This document shows positions 8,794 through 11,490 of a DNA stretch of 11,490 nt, piece after piece (the stretch's first letter is position 1; each line of letters starts with the position of its first letter). Both the position numbers and the translations under genes were made by a program. The notes under the pieces are model-generated. The model did no database searches. It was given only the letters and a program-made list of their open reading frames with translations, and was not told the origin of the DNA. Source of the stretch: Octopus sinensis (taxonomy: Eukaryota); contig NW_021826984.1 of NCBI RefSeq assembly GCF_006345805.1, positions 1-11,490 of the forward strand, written 5' to 3'.

Positions 8794-9670
8794 TTAATTT
8801 TTCCGTGAAATGCAATTTTTTTCTAATAATGCAAGATATTTGAATAGTATAGGCTCACAATCATTCACCTCGTCTGAATCTAAGAATATCATTAAAAATT
8901 TACAAAATTTGAAAAATAAAATAATTTTTAAATAGCAATATTCTTTTTTCGTAATATGTAAATCAGTAATAGCTTGATACAATTCTTTAAACTGTTTCAG
9001 TATGCTTAAGATCGGACCATTGTTACAATTCATATTAACGTGAGTTTGTGGGAAAGAATTTTTCGAAATTTGACTCAAACAGCAGTTAGAAAAATGGAAA
9101 TGAAAATAATTCTTGGAGACCTTTTCGACGTCCTAAAAATAATTTTAAATATGATCCCACAATCTGGGCGATCAGATTTTCACTTTGAACCAAAATTTCA
9201 ATCCATTTTTTGGTCCAATTTAGAAAACAATTTTTTCTAATTTGGCTTACAGAAGTTCTCATTAAAAAGCAATTTAAACAGTTGAAGTCGAAATATTTCT
9301 AACAATTTCATGAATAAGTCAACTTGCAGTTCAGTTTCGTACGTAATAAACTGGCTTGGAAATCTCTGTGCCTCATAAGATGTTGAAAATGCATTTTTAA
9401 TTTCTAAAGTTAATAAATTGAATAACCTTTTTTTGTCATTCCCATGTCTAAACATTTTTTTAGCCTACAAAATCTGCAATTATTCCTTGTTTTGTATGTT
9501 ACAATACAATTTCCTTCAAATCTGCAAAAGAACATAGATTTATTGTTCATGTATCTTCTAATAATAAATTATACAAGAATATACTGAAAAAAATTTTTGC
9601 ACCCGTGACAACTTCGGACAGAATAGTTTGTTCCATTAGCTCTGGCTCCACAAATTTTACATGAATTCAT
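8794..9670 (-). CDS. Nuclear hormone receptor (C4 zinc-finger DBD plus divergent LBD); 6 exons: 9670-9585, 9557-9427, 9403-9324, 9298-9161, 9132-8904, 8879-8794; 249 aa as written
   Basis: Spliced N-terminus MNSCKICGARANGTNYSVRSCHGCKNFFQRYMNNKSMFFCRFEGNCIVTYKTRNNCRFCRLKKCLDMGMTKK has exact C-x2-C-x13-C-x2-C and C-x5-C-x9-C-x2-C spacing. LBD-like NWTKK and KELYQAITDLHITKKEYCYLKIILFF follow. All five GT-AG introns are phase-consistent with one stop-free frame. The DBD is near certain; introns 3-5 are a model. An alternative in-frame ATG lies at 9688. Confidence 0.92.
8880..8903 (-). other. Intron 5 (24 nt, 3n, stopless)
   Basis: gtaaatttttaatgatattcttag; strong donor and acceptor, but the frame also reads through it, so it is not required. 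Confidence 0.6.
9133..9160 (-). other. Intron 4 (28 nt)
   Basis: gtgggatcatatttaaaattatttttag; phase 0; shifts into the frame of ORF 8794..9078. Confidence 0.7.
9299..9323 (-). other. Intron 3 (25 nt)
   Basis: gttgacttattcatgaaattgttag; phase 0; shifts into the frame containing NWTKKW. Confidence 0.65.
9404..9426 (-). other. Intron 2 (23 nt)
   Basis: gttattcaatttattaactttag; phase 1, just after GMTKK; joins the DBD to the frame of ORF 9237..9455. Confidence 0.8.
9558..9584 (-). other. Intron 1 of the nuclear receptor (27 nt)
   Basis: gtatattcttgtataatttattattag; phase 2 within FFQ|R; contains an in-frame TAA, so it must be removed to complete the DBD. Confidence 0.92.
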
Positions 9671-9701
9671 TTTGATTATAGAGCACATTAAATTAAATTT
9701 A

Positions 9702-9707
9702 TTTATA
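9702..9707 (-). promoter_or_regulatory. Possible TATA box of the nuclear receptor gene
   Basis: TATAAA on the minus strand ~32 nt upstream of the ATG at 9670. Weak evidence in such AT-rich DNA. Confidence 0.2.
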
Positions 9708-9841
9708 GACGGATATTATTAGAATTTGTTGAAATGAATCTCGATTTGAAAAAAATATGCTATTATATATGTTTGATAATGATATCATAGATGGCTGACA
9801 ATATTTGATATTGTATCTAATCAGATTAAAAATGTAGTTTC

Positions 9842-11036
9842 ACTTCTCAAAAATCAGAAGAAAACGAAATAATTGATAAAAATATTTTACTAACTAAGTT
9901 TATCACAAATTGAAAGTTTGAGCACTTAGCTTCTTAGCAAATGAAATTAAAATTATTTTGATGTCTATTTTCTCAATTTAGTTTGATTGAACTTTGTCGT
10001 TTTAAATGCGTGGAAAGTCTTTTTAGTCTCACGTTTAGGGTAAATAAATATGAGACTTTGCTAAGAGATCAGACAGATTGAATTCCAGTTTTACAGTTAT
10101 ATTTGTTGATTCTAGAAATACTATAACCGATTATTATATTTATTAATATTACCGATTGGTTGCTGTTTTCTCTACAGCAACTGAATTTAAGATTTTTTGC
10201 ATATATTTTTGTGCAATATTTTCACATAATATTTAAATTTAAAGAATTGTAAAAAAGCTAGCTAAATCTTTTTAAGCGATATCACATATTTTATCAAATT
10301 AGATAATTCTAAATCTATACCTGTTGTTTTATTGACATTTTTGTATAGAATTTCGAAATTGATAAAATTTTTAAAATTAATAGAGAATTAAAAAGTTTTT
10401 AAATGTTAAAAAAAGATTTTCGAAATCCGGTAACAAAATTAAAATTTTTGAGATTAATTTTTCCGTGAAATGCAATTTTTTTCTAATAATGCAAGATATT
10501 TGAATAGTATAGGCTCACAATCATTCACCTCGTCTGAATCTAAGAATATCATTAAAAATTTACAAAATTTGAAAAATAAAATAATTTTTAAATAGCAATA
10601 TTCTTCTTTCGTAATATGTAAATCAATAATAGCTTGATACAATTCTTTAAACTGTTTCAGTATGCTTAAGATCGGACCATTGTTACAATTCATATTAACG
10701 TGAGTTTGTGGGAAAGAATTTTTCGAAATTTGACTCAAACAGCAGTTAGAAAATGAAATGAAAATAATTCTTGGAGACCTTTTCGATGTCCTAAAAATAA
10801 TTTTAAATATGATCCCACAATCTGGGCGATCAGATTTTCACTTTGAACCAAAATTTCAATCCATTTCTTGATCAAATTTAGAAAACAATTTTTTCTAAAT
10901 TGGCTTAGACAAGTTCTCATTAAAAAGCAATTTAAACAGTTAAAGTCGAAATATTTCTAACAATTTTATGAATAAGTCAACTTGCAGTTCAGTTTCGTAC
11001 GTAATAAACTGACTTGGAAATATCTGTACCTCATAA
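9842..11036. repeat. Tandem segmental duplication, copy B
   Basis: See copy A. Begins immediately upstream of the copy A promoter region and ends within exon 3 at CCTCATAA. Confidence 0.98.
10454..11036 (-). pseudogene. Partial nuclear receptor duplicate (part of exon 3 through exon 6; LBD only)
   Basis: Lacks exons 1-2. Two single-base deletions at ~10751-10757 convert ...HFHFSNCC to ...HFIF-TAA early in exon 5. Confidence 0.88.
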
Positions 11037-11414
11037 CTTATGATGTTATCATTTTTAAATTTTCTATCCTTCTCCAACATCTTTTGAAGCATAGAAAAAC
11101 TTCTTTCAATGGAAATAGTTGTTGCTGGACATTTCCATAATATCGAACAAATTTCTGGTGAACAATTATCAATCTTAGCAGTATAAATTAAGATTAATCG
11201 ATTTTTATCTATTCTTTTACGGAATATTTAGATATTCCACATGGATCATCCCCAAAATTTATCACATTAATAAATTTAACGGCATCCTCAATGGTAAAAA
11301 AAGTTTCTTGGCATTGATGTAATTCATCTAATATGTCACTATAACATGATTTTATCAATGCAAGGTTTCTTTCGAAATTAATTAAATCTAAAGCAGTTTT
11401 TACTTTATCCAAGA
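11037..11414 (-). pseudogene. C-terminal remnant of a second hAT-like transposase
   Basis: KTALDLINFERNLALIKSCYSDI...FGDDPCGISKY, then (frameshift) RKRIDKN...LWKCPATTISIERSFSMLQKMLEKDRN(F)KNDNIISY. This matches the hAT dimerization motif PxTxxxxERSFS. Confidence 0.8.
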
Positions 11415-11490
11415 CAGGGGTGCGCAAGTGCGGCCGTGAGTCGATGAATGTGCGGCCGTGGGCACAATTAGGTCATCGAGCAACTAATCT
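11415..11490. mobile_element. Terminus of a third hAT-type element running off the right edge
   Basis: Starts CAGGGGTGCGCAA (hAT-like CAGGGG terminus) with subterminal GTGCGGCCGTG twice (11428-11438, 11450-11460). The partner TIR and TSD lie outside the window. Confidence 0.75.

Larger units (their letters stand above)
8183..9378. repeat. Tandem segmental duplication, copy A
   Basis: Aligns to 9842-11036 (offset 1658-1660). Manual count gives 22 substitutions and 3 single-base indels over ~1196 bp (~98% identity). Confidence 0.98.

Noticed and set aside
8603-8796. TAA read-through or stop reassignment: the receptor frame continues past four TAA codons to a TAG (...YRISKIFL*HLKTF*...SNLIKYVISLKKI)
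   Set aside because: The same bases give a much better helix-10 match in the shifted frame (KILILLPDFENLS). TAA is the natural stop of the hAT and LINE ORFs here, and TAA is common by chance in AT-rich DNA.
9260-9281. Alternative 22-nt intron 3 (gtttaaattgctttttaatgag), also frame-compatible
   Set aside because: Less preferred: the acceptor is weaker, and the copy B C>T change is synonymous under the 25-nt model but a nonsense codon under this one. Not excluded without cDNA.

Overview
AT-rich eukaryotic (animal) DNA with no prokaryotic features. About two-thirds is nested, decayed transposable elements. These are: a Buster-type hAT (523-2928; perfect 16-bp TIRs, 8-bp TSD) carrying a 5'-truncated RTE-like LINE (832-1724; 14-bp TSD, (TAA)n tail) fused in frame to the transposase C-terminus; a CRE-like endonuclease fragment; an APE/RT LINE remnant split by a Mutator-like element and flanked by an identical 80-82-bp duplication; and two hAT pieces at the right edge. 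The main non-TE signal, only partly visible in the ORF track, is a six-exon nuclear hormone receptor gene on the minus strand (9670->8794). It is split by five GT-AG micro-introns of 23-28 nt, has a complete C4 DNA-binding domain with an atypical P-box (CHGCKN), and has a divergent ligand-binding domain whose helix-10-like segment lies one base out of frame at an A7 run. A ~98% identical tandem partial copy (9842-11036) lacks the DNA-binding exons and is frameshifted. All protein assignments come from manual translation and motif recognition, not database searches.
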